A stretch of 38,802 nt of DNA from Clostridia bacterium (GCA_017416885.1 JAFQAM010000197.1:1-38802); one strand, 5' to 3'. Shown: positions 25,116 to 34,580, counted from the stretch's first letter. The notes: generated by a model not told the origin, from the letters alone. A program made the numbers and translations.

Positions 25116-25706
25116 TTATTCTTGGGTTTGATCAGATTTTACTGTAACAGTATTTTTGTAGTGATAATAGGCTATTAACGCACATATGATTACACCGACC
25201 AAAATGTCTAAAGTTGCAAAGGTATCAGCAGATGTATTGATAACAATTATGCTTCCTTTTCCAAAAATAGATTCAATTGTACCTAAAAGGGACTCGCGAA
25301 TGGTTTTTTCTGCTATGTTGACTATTATATATAGACATCCAGAGCCTATACAACTGCTTAGTACGCCGGCAATTATAAAGCCGAATTTTTCGTTTTTGCT
25401 AAAGGATATCAACCCTAAAAGTAAAAAAACGAGGCTTGAAAAAATAAGTATAACGCCAAGCAATTCATAAGTTCTACTGTCTTTTTCTGCCGGCTCATCG
25501 ATTAAATATAAACTGATTTGGTTTGAGAAGCTATCACTTTCTTTAAGTATTTCAGAATATTTTATCGTTAATATGTTCTCATCGTTAATATTATCCTGTG
25601 CTGAAACATATGTTTTTGAAAAATAAAAATAAATATTGAGAACGATTAAAAAGATGATAAGCAAAATAATTACGCTCTTTATTCGAGTTTTCGTTTCCTC
25701 ATTCAT
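25116..25706 (-). CDS. Hypothetical membrane protein
   Basis: 196 aa. An N-terminal TM anchor and a short extracytoplasmic segment are followed by about 4 TM helices. A strong AAGGGGGG RBS is present. It is the first gene of the three-gene operon. Confidence 0.6.
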   Translation of the reverse strand: MNEETKTRIKSVIILLIIFLIVLNIYFYFSKTYVSAQDNINDENILTIKYSEILKESDSFSNQISLYLIDEPAEKDSRTYELLGVILIFSSLVFLLLGLISFSKNEKFGFIIAGVLSSCIGSGCLYIIVNIAEKTIRESLLGTIESIFGKGSIIVINTSADTFATLDILVGVIICALIAYYHYKNTVTVKSDQTQE

Positions 25707-25820
25707 AAATTTAACACCCCCCTTCTCATAATGTCCTTGCTAAAAAACACGAAATAATTATTTGTGTTTTAACAAATTAGCATTTTATAAAAAATAAGAA
25801 TTTTTTTGTAAAAACGCAAT

Positions 25821-25893
25821 ATTCTTATCTTTAACACAATTATAACGAAAAAATGTGTTAATGTCAAGATGAATTCTTATTTTTAACACAATT
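25821..25893. promoter_or_regulatory. Repeated operator-like motif in the divergent intergenic region
   Basis: ATTCTTATCTTTAACACAATT (25821-25841) and ATTCTTATTTTTAACACAATT (25873-25893) are direct repeats identical at 20 of 21 positions, 52 bp apart. TTAACACA (25831-25838) and TGTGTTAA (25854-25861) form an inverted repeat. Confidence 0.6.
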
Positions 25894-25919
25894 TATTATA
25901 AAGAAAGGTTGGTGTCATT

Positions 25920-26162
25920 ATGAAAATTTATGATTATAACGGAAAAAAGAACATTTGTGGAGATAGAATTCACGAAGCGCGATGTAAAAATAGGATAACT
26001 CAAAGCGAGTTGGCGGCAAGACTACAGGTCTCTGGAATTACAATTGAACGCGATAGTATTTCAAGAATAGAAATAGGCACGCGATTTGTATCTGATTATG
26101 AATTGCGTGAGTTATCAAGAATATTAAATGTATCAGTTAACTGGCTCTTAGGCATAGATTAA
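25920..26162 (+). CDS. XRE-family helix-turn-helix transcriptional regulator
   Basis: 80 aa. IHEARCKNRITQSELAARLQVSGITIERDSISRIEIG is an HTH_3 motif. Confidence 0.85.
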   Translation: MKIYDYNGKKNICGDRIHEARCKNRITQSELAARLQVSGITIERDSISRIEIGTRFVSDYELRELSRILNVSVNWLLGID

Positions 26163-26223
26163 AGGCTATACTTCAATATTTATTAAACAAAACAGACTTT
26201 AACCGTCTTAAGGAAATTGACGA

Positions 26224-26742
26224 TTAAAGTCTGCTTTTATTTTCAAGCTTAATCATTACATTATATAACGGCAAAATCAACACCGACATAGCAATATTGC
26301 CGCACATATGTACAATATCAAACGTAAATCCTGCCACAATCCAAGCTATCATTCCTTCAAAATTGAGTCCGAACGCAAGCGCCTGAAACGGAGCATAGAG
26401 TATTCCGTACAAAAGCCCGTGTAAGCCGCACAAAATAGCCGAAATAACAGCCCTTTTCTTAATGGATAGCCTTTTAGGTATAAGCATAATAAATACCCAT
26501 AAAACTGCCCATATATAGATGTAAGGATACCACCAGGTGCCAAAGCCGTTAACAAGACCGACTAAAAAAACATAAATATATATAGGAATTAATGCTTTCC
26601 ACCTGTAAACTAATGTGAAAACCGCAATAAACATAGCAACCGCATGTATATTCGGTAAAAACTCCATAATCATTTTTGATATAAACATAATAGCGCCAAG
26701 CATACTGAATATGATTATATCTCTGATTGCGCTTTTTTTCAT
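26224..26742 (-). CDS. Polytopic membrane protein (possibly ECF-transporter S-component-like)
   Basis: 172 aa, about 6 TM helices. Its ATG overlaps the cyclophilin stop (TAATG), implying co-transcription. The family assignment is only a guess from topology. Confidence 0.5.
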   Translation of the reverse strand: MKKSAIRDIIIFSMLGAIMFISKMIMEFLPNIHAVAMFIAVFTLVYRWKALIPIYIYVFLVGLVNGFGTWWYPYIYIWAVLWVFIMLIPKRLSIKKRAVISAILCGLHGLLYGILYAPFQALAFGLNFEGMIAWIVAGFTFDIVHMCGNIAMSVLILPLYNVMIKLENKSRL

Positions 26743-27212
26743 TAAATAAGAGTCACCTTTTTCATTCTCATATCAATAAACGGTCTGTCTCTGCCATCTG
26801 TTTTTACAGAAGCAATTTCGTCAACAACATCCATACCGCTTACAACCTTACCGAAAGCAGCATACTGACCGTCAAGGAATTTAGCATCTGCGTGGCAAAT
26901 AAAGAACTGTGATGAAGCAGAGTTGTAATTCTGGCTTCTTGCCATTGAAATAACACCTCTAACATGAGAAATCTCATTTTTAACACCGTTAACTAAAAAT
27001 TCGCCCTTGATATTCTTATCTGAGCCGCCGCAGCCTGTACCTGTCGGATCACCGCCCTGAATCATAAAGCCTGCAATAACTCTGTGGAAAATAAGACCGT
27101 CATAAAATCCCTCGCTGACTAATTTTTCAAAGTTAGCGCAGGTAATAGGAGCCTTATCGTTATAAAGCTCAATATCAATAATTCCGCCTGTTTCCATTTC
27201 AATTCTTACCAT
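26742..27212 (-). CDS. ppiB: Peptidyl-prolyl cis-trans isomerase, cyclophilin type
   Basis: FHRVIAGFMIQGGDP and SMARS...NSASSQFFI are cyclophilin signatures. The track ORF starts at 27272, but the ATG at 27212 (MVRIEMETGG...) follows a GAGGA RBS and gives the usual length of about 156 aa. Confidence 0.88.
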   Translation of the reverse strand: MVRIEMETGGIIDIELYNDKAPITCANFEKLVSEGFYDGLIFHRVIAGFMIQGGDPTGTGCGGSDKNIKGEFLVNGVKNEISHVRGVISMARSQNYNSASSQFFICHADAKFLDGQYAAFGKVVSGMDVVDEIASVKTDGRDRPFIDMRMKKVTLI

Positions 27213-27352
27213 AATAAAATCCTCACAAAACTTATTTTTACTTATTTTAACATATAAGCATAAAAAAATCAAATGGAAATATAATATTTTTAAAAGAATT
27301 TTGCAGGGAATACCGTAATATCATTCCCTATTGATTATAAACAGGTAATAAA

Positions 27353-28444
27353 ATGGAAAAATATAAAAAATTTGCATATATAAGCATTTCATCAGTTGCT
27401 ATAATTGCCTTGGCTTATGTGCTCTTAAAATACGCTTTGGGAATATTTTTACCCTTTGCATTTTCATATTTAATCGTAGCTCTTGCAAGACCTATAATAA
27501 ATAAAATGTGCAAAAGACGAAGAGTCCCCAAGCCACTCGCAAGCATACTTGTAATATCAATTTTGCTTTTTATAATTATCTATCTGACCGTGATTTGTCT
27601 GTCCTACGGTATAAGACAGTTAGGAAGCATAACCAATAATATACTTGATAACCTTTCAAGCGAAAATAACTTTATTTCAAGCACGCTTGAATGGATAGAG
27701 GGACTTAAAATCAAATTCCCATTCTTAAACAGCATCCTCCCGGGAATGGACGAAAGCTTGTATTCAATGCTCTTGGAAACAGTAGGCAACGCATTAAAAG
27801 CGTTAAGCTCAAAATTGACCTCATTAATATCATCATTTATATCCTCATTTCCCTCATTTTTAATAATGCTCATTGTTATAATTCTATCCCTCTTTTATTT
27901 TTCCAAGGATTACGATTTAATAGCAGAAAAAATAGAAAAAATCGCTCCCAAAAAAATATCGAGCAAGCTTCCTATAATCAAAAACGAAATTATATCAATG
28001 GTATCTAAATACTTAAAGGCATATTCAATCCTCTTAATAATTTCTTTAGTTCAATTGTTTTCAGGCTTTCTGATTTTAGGCGTAAAAAACAGCTTTCTTT
28101 TGGCAGTAGTAATATCATTCGTTGATATGCTGCCTGTTTTAGGCGTGGGTACAGTATTAATTCCGTGGTCAATCGTGGAATTTGTAAGAGGCAACACCTT
28201 TATGGGAATAGGACTTCTAATTCTGTTTTTAATAGTCTATATTGTTCGACAGATAGCCGAGCCGAAAATTTTAAGCAAGCAAATGAATGTCCATCCGCTA
28301 ATAACAATATTCGCATTATACGCAGGACTAAAGCTCTTAGGTATAGGCGGACTGATTATTGCCCCATTTTTAGCATTTTTAATAAAAACAGTATATAATT
28401 CCATTAAAAAAGAAAAAAATGTTGAAAACCAAGAAAAACTGTGA
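27353..28444 (+). CDS. ytvI: AI-2E family transporter, probably sporulation integral membrane protein YtvI
   Basis: 363 aa, about 8 TM helices. The C-terminal pattern VRQIAEPKILSKQMNVHPLITIFALYAGLKLLGIGGLIIAPF is typical of the UPF0118/AI-2E family. Confidence 0.65.
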   Translation: MEKYKKFAYISISSVAIIALAYVLLKYALGIFLPFAFSYLIVALARPIINKMCKRRRVPKPLASILVISILLFIIIYLTVICLSYGIRQLGSITNNILDNLSSENNFISSTLEWIEGLKIKFPFLNSILPGMDESLYSMLLETVGNALKALSSKLTSLISSFISSFPSFLIMLIVIILSLFYFSKDYDLIAEKIEKIAPKKISSKLPIIKNEIISMVSKYLKAYSILLIISLVQLFSGFLILGVKNSFLLAVVISFVDMLPVLGVGTVLIPWSIVEFVRGNTFMGIGLLILFLIVYIVRQIAEPKILSKQMNVHPLITIFALYAGLKLLGIGGLIIAPFLAFLIKTVYNSIKKEKNVENQEKL

Positions 28445-28486
28445 TATTATATAAAATATATATTTTCATCACAGGAGAATAACATT

Positions 28487-29491
28487 ATGTTTAACGATAA
28501 AAAGGTGGTTTTCTCAGGCGTTCAGCCATCAGGAAACCTTACAATAGGAAACTATCTTGGAGCAATTAAAAATTTTAGCGCATTTTCAGAGGATTACCAT
28601 TGTTATTATTGCGTAGTAGATATGCACGCAATCACAGTAAGACAAAATCCTGCGGAATTACGCCGTCGCACATATGAAACTTTAGCATTATATATGGCTT
28701 GCGGTCTTGATCCCGAAAAGAATACATTGTTTGTACAAAGCCATGTGCCACAACACGCAGAGCTCGGTTGGATTTTAGATTGCTATACTATGTTTGGCGA
28801 GCTTTCCCGTATGACTCAATTTAAGGATAAAAGCGCAAAAAATGCCGATAACATTAATGCAGGTCTTTTCACATATCCATCCTTAATGGCAGCCGATATT
28901 CTTTTATATCAAACAGAGCTTGTACCTGTCGGTGTTGACCAAAAGCAACACTTAGAGCTTGCAAGAGATATTGCAAACCGCTTTAATCAGGTATATGGCG
29001 AAACCTTCGTTGTGCCCGACGGATATATTCCAAAGGAGGGCGCAAAGATTATGTCCCTTCAAGATCCAATTAAGAAAATGAGCAAGTCCGATACAAACGA
29101 AAACGCAGTTGTAAGAATTTTAGACTCCAAGGACGATATTATAAGAAAGTTCAAAAGAGCAGTTACCGACTCAGGCTGTGAAATTATTCACGGAGAGGGC
29201 AAGGAGGGCATCTCAAATCTTCTTACCATTTATTCTTGCTTTACAGGTAAAACCATAGAGGAAGCAGAAAAGGAATTTGCAGGCAAGGGCTATGGCGACT
29301 TTAAGCTTGCGGTAGGTGAAGCCTGCGCAGATGCTTTAGCGCCTGTAAGAAGCGAGTTTGACCGTCTTATGAAGGATAAAGCATACCTTGAAGGGATTAT
29401 GGCGCAAGGCGCCGAAAACGCGTTCAAAAATGCCCGTCGCACAATGTCAAAGGTTAAGCGCAAAATCGGCTTTACAGAAATCAAACACTAA
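28487..29491 (+). CDS. trpS: Tryptophan--tRNA ligase
   Basis: 334 aa. The GVQPSGNLTIGNYLG block forms the HIGH region, and KMSKS is present (KKMSKSD). Confidence 0.93.
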   Translation: MFNDKKVVFSGVQPSGNLTIGNYLGAIKNFSAFSEDYHCYYCVVDMHAITVRQNPAELRRRTYETLALYMACGLDPEKNTLFVQSHVPQHAELGWILDCYTMFGELSRMTQFKDKSAKNADNINAGLFTYPSLMAADILLYQTELVPVGVDQKQHLELARDIANRFNQVYGETFVVPDGYIPKEGAKIMSLQDPIKKMSKSDTNENAVVRILDSKDDIIRKFKRAVTDSGCEIIHGEGKEGISNLLTIYSCFTGKTIEEAEKEFAGKGYGDFKLAVGEACADALAPVRSEFDRLMKDKAYLEGIMAQGAENAFKNARRTMSKVKRKIGFTEIKH

Positions 29492-29493
29492 AC

Positions 29494-29535
29494 AAAAAAT
29501 CAACTATCTCACACGAGATAGTTGATTTTTATTTT
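29494..29535. terminator. Bidirectional terminator between trpS and the LRR gene
   Basis: aaaaa, then 12-bp stem atcaactatctc/gagatagttgat with loop acac, then tttttatttt. Confidence 0.85.
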
Positions 29536-31090
29536 AACCTTGCTTTTTTATTTCTCCCATTGTAATTTCAATAGGCTTATCACTTGTTCCTGTGCCGATA
29601 TAATAAATATCCTTGCCGTTAGTAACAAATGTACTAATAATTAATTTTGTAGCATCGTGGCTCTCATTAAAGCCCTTTAAAACGAAATCAAAGCCGGCAT
29701 ATTCACTGCTTACATTTGCAATAACAACATTATTCTTGTTAGCGACAACGCTTCCGTTATCAAGCTTTAATAATGTCTCGCCCTCATTAAGTCCCGAAGA
29801 AGCTACAACACCGTAGGATAGAGCAGCGCCCTCATTATACTTATTATATACGCCAAGAGACTCTTTATTTATAGAATAGCTTGCGCAAAGAGCATATCCG
29901 TCTTCCTTAACCGAATACTTAACACCGCTGAAAATAGGCTCATATTCATTAGCTGTCGCCATTAATCCGCATCCGTTTTGACAAGCGCATACCTCGCTGA
30001 ATTTATCTGTATAGCTTGTAAAACTAAGAGTTGATTTTTCACTGTCAACATTATGCTCGTTATTATAAAACGCCTTGCATAAATTATAGTTGTATACAAC
30101 AGTCCAAGTATTTAATGCTCCGTATTCATCATCGCTCTTGCTTGGATCGTATTCAACAAGATTAGCATTGGTAAACTTGTCATAGCTTGATTTGCTTATT
30201 AAAGCATCAAGCTGTGCTTTGTTGCCTGTAAAATAAATACAAACTGAATACATTGAGCTTGGATAAGAGGTAAATGTGCCTTGCTTATCATAAACAGGCG
30301 ATTTAATTTCTGTCTCATTAGCCAAAAATGTGTCAGGAGCATATATTCTGAATATTTTATCCTTGTATTGATTCCAAGCAAAATGCATTTCGCCGAAATC
30401 AACCAAATTTGCGCCAAGTCTTAGCTCTGTTATAACTTGACCTTGACCGAAATCGAAAGCTCTATCCGCAACGGTAGTTACGGAATTTGGTAAAGTCAAT
30501 GCTTGGAGTCCCGTACATCCTTTAAATGTGTAAGCAGGGATTGTTGTTATTTGTGAATCCTTATGGAAATTAATTTCAGTAATAGCTTTACTTTGATAGA
30601 ATGTATAAGTATTAAGCTCAGTTACAGACTTTGGAACATTAATCTTTTGTAATTTAGGACTGTTCGCAAAGCAACCGTATGAAAATTTTGTAATAGTTGA
30701 ATTTTCAGGAAAGTAAATTTCAATTGTGTTGTATCTTGTTAAAGGGTTAGAGCCGCCGTCAGTGGGAACTGATGTAACCGTTGTTGGAATTTCAATTCTT
30801 ATAACAGAACTTACAGAGTACGAATACCCCTTTGCATTTATTTTTGAAAAATCATAGGTAAATGCGCCGTTGTTTGTTACAACATATTGGGACGGATAGG
30901 TATAATAATTGCCGTTTCCATCTGTTAAAACAACTCTTGATGTAGCATCGGTACTCATACCCGTTAAGTCAATACCGTCAATTCTTTCAGCAACACCGAA
31001 TTCGTTTGATGTAGCAGCGCTTACTGAAATTGCAAGCACGCAAAACAGCAAAATAGCCATTGATAGAATAAAAAACAGTCTTTTTTTCAT
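29534..31090 (-). CDS. Secreted BspA-type leucine-rich-repeat protein
   Basis: 518 aa. The signal peptide ends ...ISVSAAT. The central part has LRR_5-like repeats (FANSPKLQKINVPKSVTELNTYTFYQSKAITEINF..., FKGCTGLQALTLPNSVTTVADRAF). A Cys-containing C-terminal domain is shared with the 32101 paralogue. Confidence 0.75.
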   Translation of the reverse strand: MKKRLFFILSMAILLFCVLAISVSAATSNEFGVAERIDGIDLTGMSTDATSRVVLTDGNGNYYTYPSQYVVTNNGAFTYDFSKINAKGYSYSVSSVIRIEIPTTVTSVPTDGGSNPLTRYNTIEIYFPENSTITKFSYGCFANSPKLQKINVPKSVTELNTYTFYQSKAITEINFHKDSQITTIPAYTFKGCTGLQALTLPNSVTTVADRAFDFGQGQVITELRLGANLVDFGEMHFAWNQYKDKIFRIYAPDTFLANETEIKSPVYDKQGTFTSYPSSMYSVCIYFTGNKAQLDALISKSSYDKFTNANLVEYDPSKSDDEYGALNTWTVVYNYNLCKAFYNNEHNVDSEKSTLSFTSYTDKFSEVCACQNGCGLMATANEYEPIFSGVKYSVKEDGYALCASYSINKESLGVYNKYNEGAALSYGVVASSGLNEGETLLKLDNGSVVANKNNVVIANVSSEYAGFDFVLKGFNESHDATKLIISTFVTNGKDIYYIGTGTSDKPIEITMGEIKKQG

Positions 31091-31117
31091 ATTTTTTTAA
31101 CTCCTTATTTGAATTAT

Positions 31118-31146
31118 TTGACAAATCGCCACTTTTATGATACTAT
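31118..31146 (+). promoter_or_regulatory. Candidate promoter of AraC gene 1
   Basis: TTGACA (31118-31123), 17 nt, TACTAT (31141-31146), with TGA upstream. A similar arrangement lies upstream of the second AraC gene. Confidence 0.45.
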
Positions 31147-31213
31147 AAATATAAAGTATTTACTATGATTTTTTCACATTTTATTAGCATTATTTGACCG
31201 AAAGGAGAAAAAT

Positions 31214-32080
31214 ATGAAGGAGTGTCTCTTATATACAAATTTTTCAAATAAGTCATATACTTTTGCAGATGTAAACTGTAATAGCAGAGAAATTTTGGAT
31301 AAACCGCTTATAGTCAACTGCGCCAACTGTACAAATACAGAGGTGTGGTGCGTTAACAAAAATAAAACAGGACGGCTTGATTATTATTTTTTATACCTAA
31401 TATCAAATAATTTTCTTGTGGAAACACCAAACGGTAAAGAAATGATGTACGAGGGCGATATTGTAGTAATTCCACCAAATGAGCCATATACATTTACACC
31501 GGAAAAAGGTAAGCAGATTTATTATTTATGCGTGCATATAACAGGCTATGATGTAGAAAAGCTTTTAAATGAGTATGAAATTGCAATTTTTCCTGAAATT
31601 AATAAGCTAAGCCCCAACAACCACCTACAACAGAGATTTAAAAAGCTTTTTGATGCATTTGCCAAAAACGATGAATACAGAGACAGAGAGCTTGCCAACC
31701 TTGTCGAAAGAATTTTCATTGAAGCTGCAAGAGCCATAAAAGCAAGGGACAATGATAAGAATATACTTTCAAAATCCATAAGATACATAAACGAATTTTA
31801 TACAACAAAAATAAATATTCCCAGCCTTGCCAAAATGGAAAATATGAGCATGACTAAATACAATAAGATATTCAAGGAGCAAATGAAAATATCGCCAACA
31901 AAATATATAATCAGTCAAAGAATACATCTTGCCAAGGAGCTTTTAGAAACAACCAATCTTTCGATAACGGAAATAAGCCTGACCTGTGGCTATGACGATA
32001 TTAACTTTTTCAGCCGTGTATTTAAGGAAAATGTAGGAATGTCCCCAACCTCATATAAGCAAAAAATAAATGCCGATTAG
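31214..32080 (+). CDS. AraC-family transcriptional regulator (cupin sensor plus HTH_18)
   Basis: 288 aa. The C-terminal part (ISPTKYIISQRIHLAKELL...CGYDDINFFSRVFKENVGMSPTSYK) is a canonical AraC HTH pair. Confidence 0.85.
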   Translation: MKECLLYTNFSNKSYTFADVNCNSREILDKPLIVNCANCTNTEVWCVNKNKTGRLDYYFLYLISNNFLVETPNGKEMMYEGDIVVIPPNEPYTFTPEKGKQIYYLCVHITGYDVEKLLNEYEIAIFPEINKLSPNNHLQQRFKKLFDAFAKNDEYRDRELANLVERIFIEAARAIKARDNDKNILSKSIRYINEFYTTKINIPSLAKMENMSMTKYNKIFKEQMKISPTKYIISQRIHLAKELLETTNLSITEISLTCGYDDINFFSRVFKENVGMSPTSYKQKINAD

Positions 32081-32098
32081 CTCGGCATTTATTTTTGT
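32063..32098. terminator. Bidirectional terminator between AraC gene 1 and LRR gene 2
   Basis: 13-bp stem aaataaatgccga/tcggcatttattt with loop ttagc (spanning the TAG stop), followed by a T-run. Confidence 0.7.
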
Positions 32099-32100
32099 TA

Positions 32101-33588
32101 TTATTCAGTGTCCTTTTGCTGCTTTTTTCTTATTTCTGTCATTGTGATAGCAGCAGGCACATTGCTTGAGCAGGTCTTAGTCAAATAATAAATATTTGTT
32201 CCGTCAGTTAAATATGAGCAAATAATAAGCGCAGTATCGGAGTTTCCGCCTTCCTCGTCAAATCCGCGGAGAATGAAATCGTAGCCCACATAGTCCATAT
32301 TTACATTTGCAATAATTATATTTGTCCTTCCTTGTGCAGCCTCAACTCCGTTTTCACCTATTTTTAACAGGTTAGAGCCGTCAGCGTTAGGCGTAGCCGC
32401 CACCATACCGTATTCTAATGAAATATTAGAATTATATTTCTTGTAAACCTCTAATGATTTGTGATTTACAGTATATCCGCCGCAAAGAGCAGTGTTGTCA
32501 TTTTCCTTTACAGAATATCCAGCAAACACGAAAATAGGAGCATAATCTTCTTCGTTTACTTTTTCTTGAATTTTACATACACTGCATTCGCCAACTTCAT
32601 TTAATGAAGTTGTAAAATCAACAAAGTTCAATTTATAATCACTTGAAAATTTGTGTTCACCGTTATAGAAAGCATCACACTTATTGTATTCGTATACCAT
32701 ATAGCACTTGCTTGACTTTTCATCTGCTGATATAGCATTAAATTCATCAAGGCTTACTAATTGTATAGTATTCCAAACGGCTGTTGATTCATTTTTTGCG
32801 GTGTATAACTCTAATTCTGTATCAATAATTTTTTGAGCTTGTGTTTTTGTTCCTGTATAATAGATAACACCACCGGTTCTAAATGCACTGTCTCTGTCAT
32901 TCCAACCGAAAAAGTTTGAATGTAAGGCAATGTTACCGTTTTCATCAAAGTTTCCTGCAGGCATGTAAATGGTTTTTAAGTTATTACAACCGGCAAAAAA
33001 TGCATTTATGTCAAATACTTGAGTGAAATTTTCACCGAAATATACAGTTGTTAAATTGCCGCATGATCTTAAAAAGTTATCATTTACAGTTCGAAGAGAA
33101 TTAGGAAGCTTCAAGACCTCAATACCGGTATTTGCAAAGCAGTCGGTGTTCATTGCAGTAATAGTAGAATTTTCAGCAAATTCAACTTCGGTAAGACTTG
33201 TAGTGCTAAGGAATGTTCCCCACTGAACACCTGTAATAGTGCTTGAAAAATATACATATTCAAGTGTTGTTGAACCGGCAAATGTTCTTGAAACATATGT
33301 ACATCCCTCTGGATATTCAATCATAACAACGCTTGAAGAATCGTAAGATTTTCCTGCGGCTGTATTTAATGCAGAAAAATCTATGTCCTTCAAGTTTTTA
33401 AAGATATATGCGGAAGGATATGTGATTCCATCAGTCATAAGAACTCGTGATGTGGTATCAAGTCCATTAACAACTGTCATATTTTCAATCGTTGTAATGT
33501 TGCCAAATTCAGAAGCACTAACAGAAATTGCAAATAAGCAAACAAATAGTGCTACAATTAAAAGTGTAATAAAAAGCCTTTTTTTCAT
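32101..33588 (-). CDS. Secreted BspA-type leucine-rich-repeat protein (paralogue)
   Basis: 495 aa. The signal peptide ends ...ISVSASE. It has LRR_5-like repeats (FANTGIEVLKLPNSLRTVNDNFLRSCGNLTTVYF). Its C-terminal domain aligns with the 29534 protein (YNKCDAFYNGEH / YNLCKAFYNNEH; IIANVNMDYVGYDFILRGF / VIANVSSEYAGFDFVLKGF). Confidence 0.75.
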   Translation of the reverse strand: MKKRLFITLLIVALFVCLFAISVSASEFGNITTIENMTVVNGLDTTSRVLMTDGITYPSAYIFKNLKDIDFSALNTAAGKSYDSSSVVMIEYPEGCTYVSRTFAGSTTLEYVYFSSTITGVQWGTFLSTTSLTEVEFAENSTITAMNTDCFANTGIEVLKLPNSLRTVNDNFLRSCGNLTTVYFGENFTQVFDINAFFAGCNNLKTIYMPAGNFDENGNIALHSNFFGWNDRDSAFRTGGVIYYTGTKTQAQKIIDTELELYTAKNESTAVWNTIQLVSLDEFNAISADEKSSKCYMVYEYNKCDAFYNGEHKFSSDYKLNFVDFTTSLNEVGECSVCKIQEKVNEEDYAPIFVFAGYSVKENDNTALCGGYTVNHKSLEVYKKYNSNISLEYGMVAATPNADGSNLLKIGENGVEAAQGRTNIIIANVNMDYVGYDFILRGFDEEGGNSDTALIICSYLTDGTNIYYLTKTCSSNVPAAITMTEIRKKQQKDTE

Positions 33589-33611
33589 AATAAATTCTCC
33601 TTTTTGTATTA

Positions 33612-33640
33612 TTTACTTTTGTACAAATATATGATACAAT
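33612..33640 (+). promoter_or_regulatory. Candidate promoter of AraC gene 2
   Basis: TTTACT (33612-33617), 17 nt, TACAAT (33635-33640), with TGA upstream. Confidence 0.4.
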
Positions 33641-33704
33641 ATTATATGAATAAAATCAATAGAATATTTAACTGAAAAATAGTATTTTTTAACGGGAGAT
33701 AAAA

Positions 33705-34562
33705 ATGAAAAATATTTGGAATTATCTAATTGATGTGGATACAACCAATTTAAATAACACTAAAAAATTAGGAAGCAGAGAAAATATTCAATATCCCTTG
33801 GTAGTAAATTGCGCCGGAAAAATTAGCAATCTTACCAATGCGGATAACAATAATACAGGAAGACTTGACTATTATTTGCTTTACATTTATAAGGGCGAAA
33901 TGAATGTGTACAATAACGGTGTTGCTCAGTGTGTTAAGGAGGGCGATGTAATCATTTTCCCACCAAACAAGCATTTTAGACATGAATGCTTAAATACAAC
34001 AGTTAGCTATTTGTGGGCGCATTTTACAGGTAGTGATGTACTAAATATTTTAGACCGCTATGGCATTAAGCTATTTCCTGCAATAAATAAAGCTAATGGC
34101 GAAAACAGAATTTCAAATCGCTTTCAAAAGCTTTTTGAGGGCTTTGCTAAAAAAGATAAGTTCAGAGATTACGATCTTTCATCCCTTCTTGACAGATTGC
34201 TTATTGAAATAGGACGCGCAATTTCCGTTGAACAGGGCGAAAAACTGCTTTTTGCAAAATCAATAAGATACATAAATGAATACTATTCTACGCAAATAAA
34301 GATAACTGACCTTGCCAAAATGGAAAATGTCAGTATGACTACATATAATCTCCATTTCAAAAGACAAATGGGAATGTCCCCGACAAAGTACATTCTTGCC
34401 CTTCGTATGCATTCCGCCAAGGAACTTTTAGAATCAAGTAAGCTTTCAGTAAGAGATATAGGCGCTATGTGTGGCTATGAGGATTTTAACTTTTTTACTA
34501 AGACCTTTAAAGGCTTCACAGGCTTATCTCCCTTAGCTTACAGAAAAAGCTTAAAATCATAA
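33705..34562 (+). CDS. AraC-family transcriptional regulator (paralogue)
   Basis: 285 aa. It aligns along its whole length with the 31214 protein (GRLDYY, KSIRYINE(F/Y)Y, LAKMEN(M/V)SMT, SPTKYI, CGY(D/E)D(I/F)NFF). Confidence 0.85.
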   Translation: MKNIWNYLIDVDTTNLNNTKKLGSRENIQYPLVVNCAGKISNLTNADNNNTGRLDYYLLYIYKGEMNVYNNGVAQCVKEGDVIIFPPNKHFRHECLNTTVSYLWAHFTGSDVLNILDRYGIKLFPAINKANGENRISNRFQKLFEGFAKKDKFRDYDLSSLLDRLLIEIGRAISVEQGEKLLFAKSIRYINEYYSTQIKITDLAKMENVSMTTYNLHFKRQMGMSPTKYILALRMHSAKELLESSKLSVRDIGAMCGYEDFNFFTKTFKGFTGLSPLAYRKSLKS

Positions 34563-34580
34563 TACAAAATCTTGTATAAT

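Noticed and set aside
28445-28486. T-box leader upstream of trpS
   Set aside because: Only 42 nt separate ytvI from trpS, which is far too short for a T-box riboswitch of about 200 nt or more. No specifier or antiterminator features are seen.
31077-31090. A7 tracts just after the start codons of both LRR genes (ATGAAAAAAAG) as slipped-strand phase-variation switches
   Set aside because: Seven A residues simply encode the Lys-Lys of a signal-peptide n-region. That is too short and too common in AT-rich genomes to argue for phase variation without population data.
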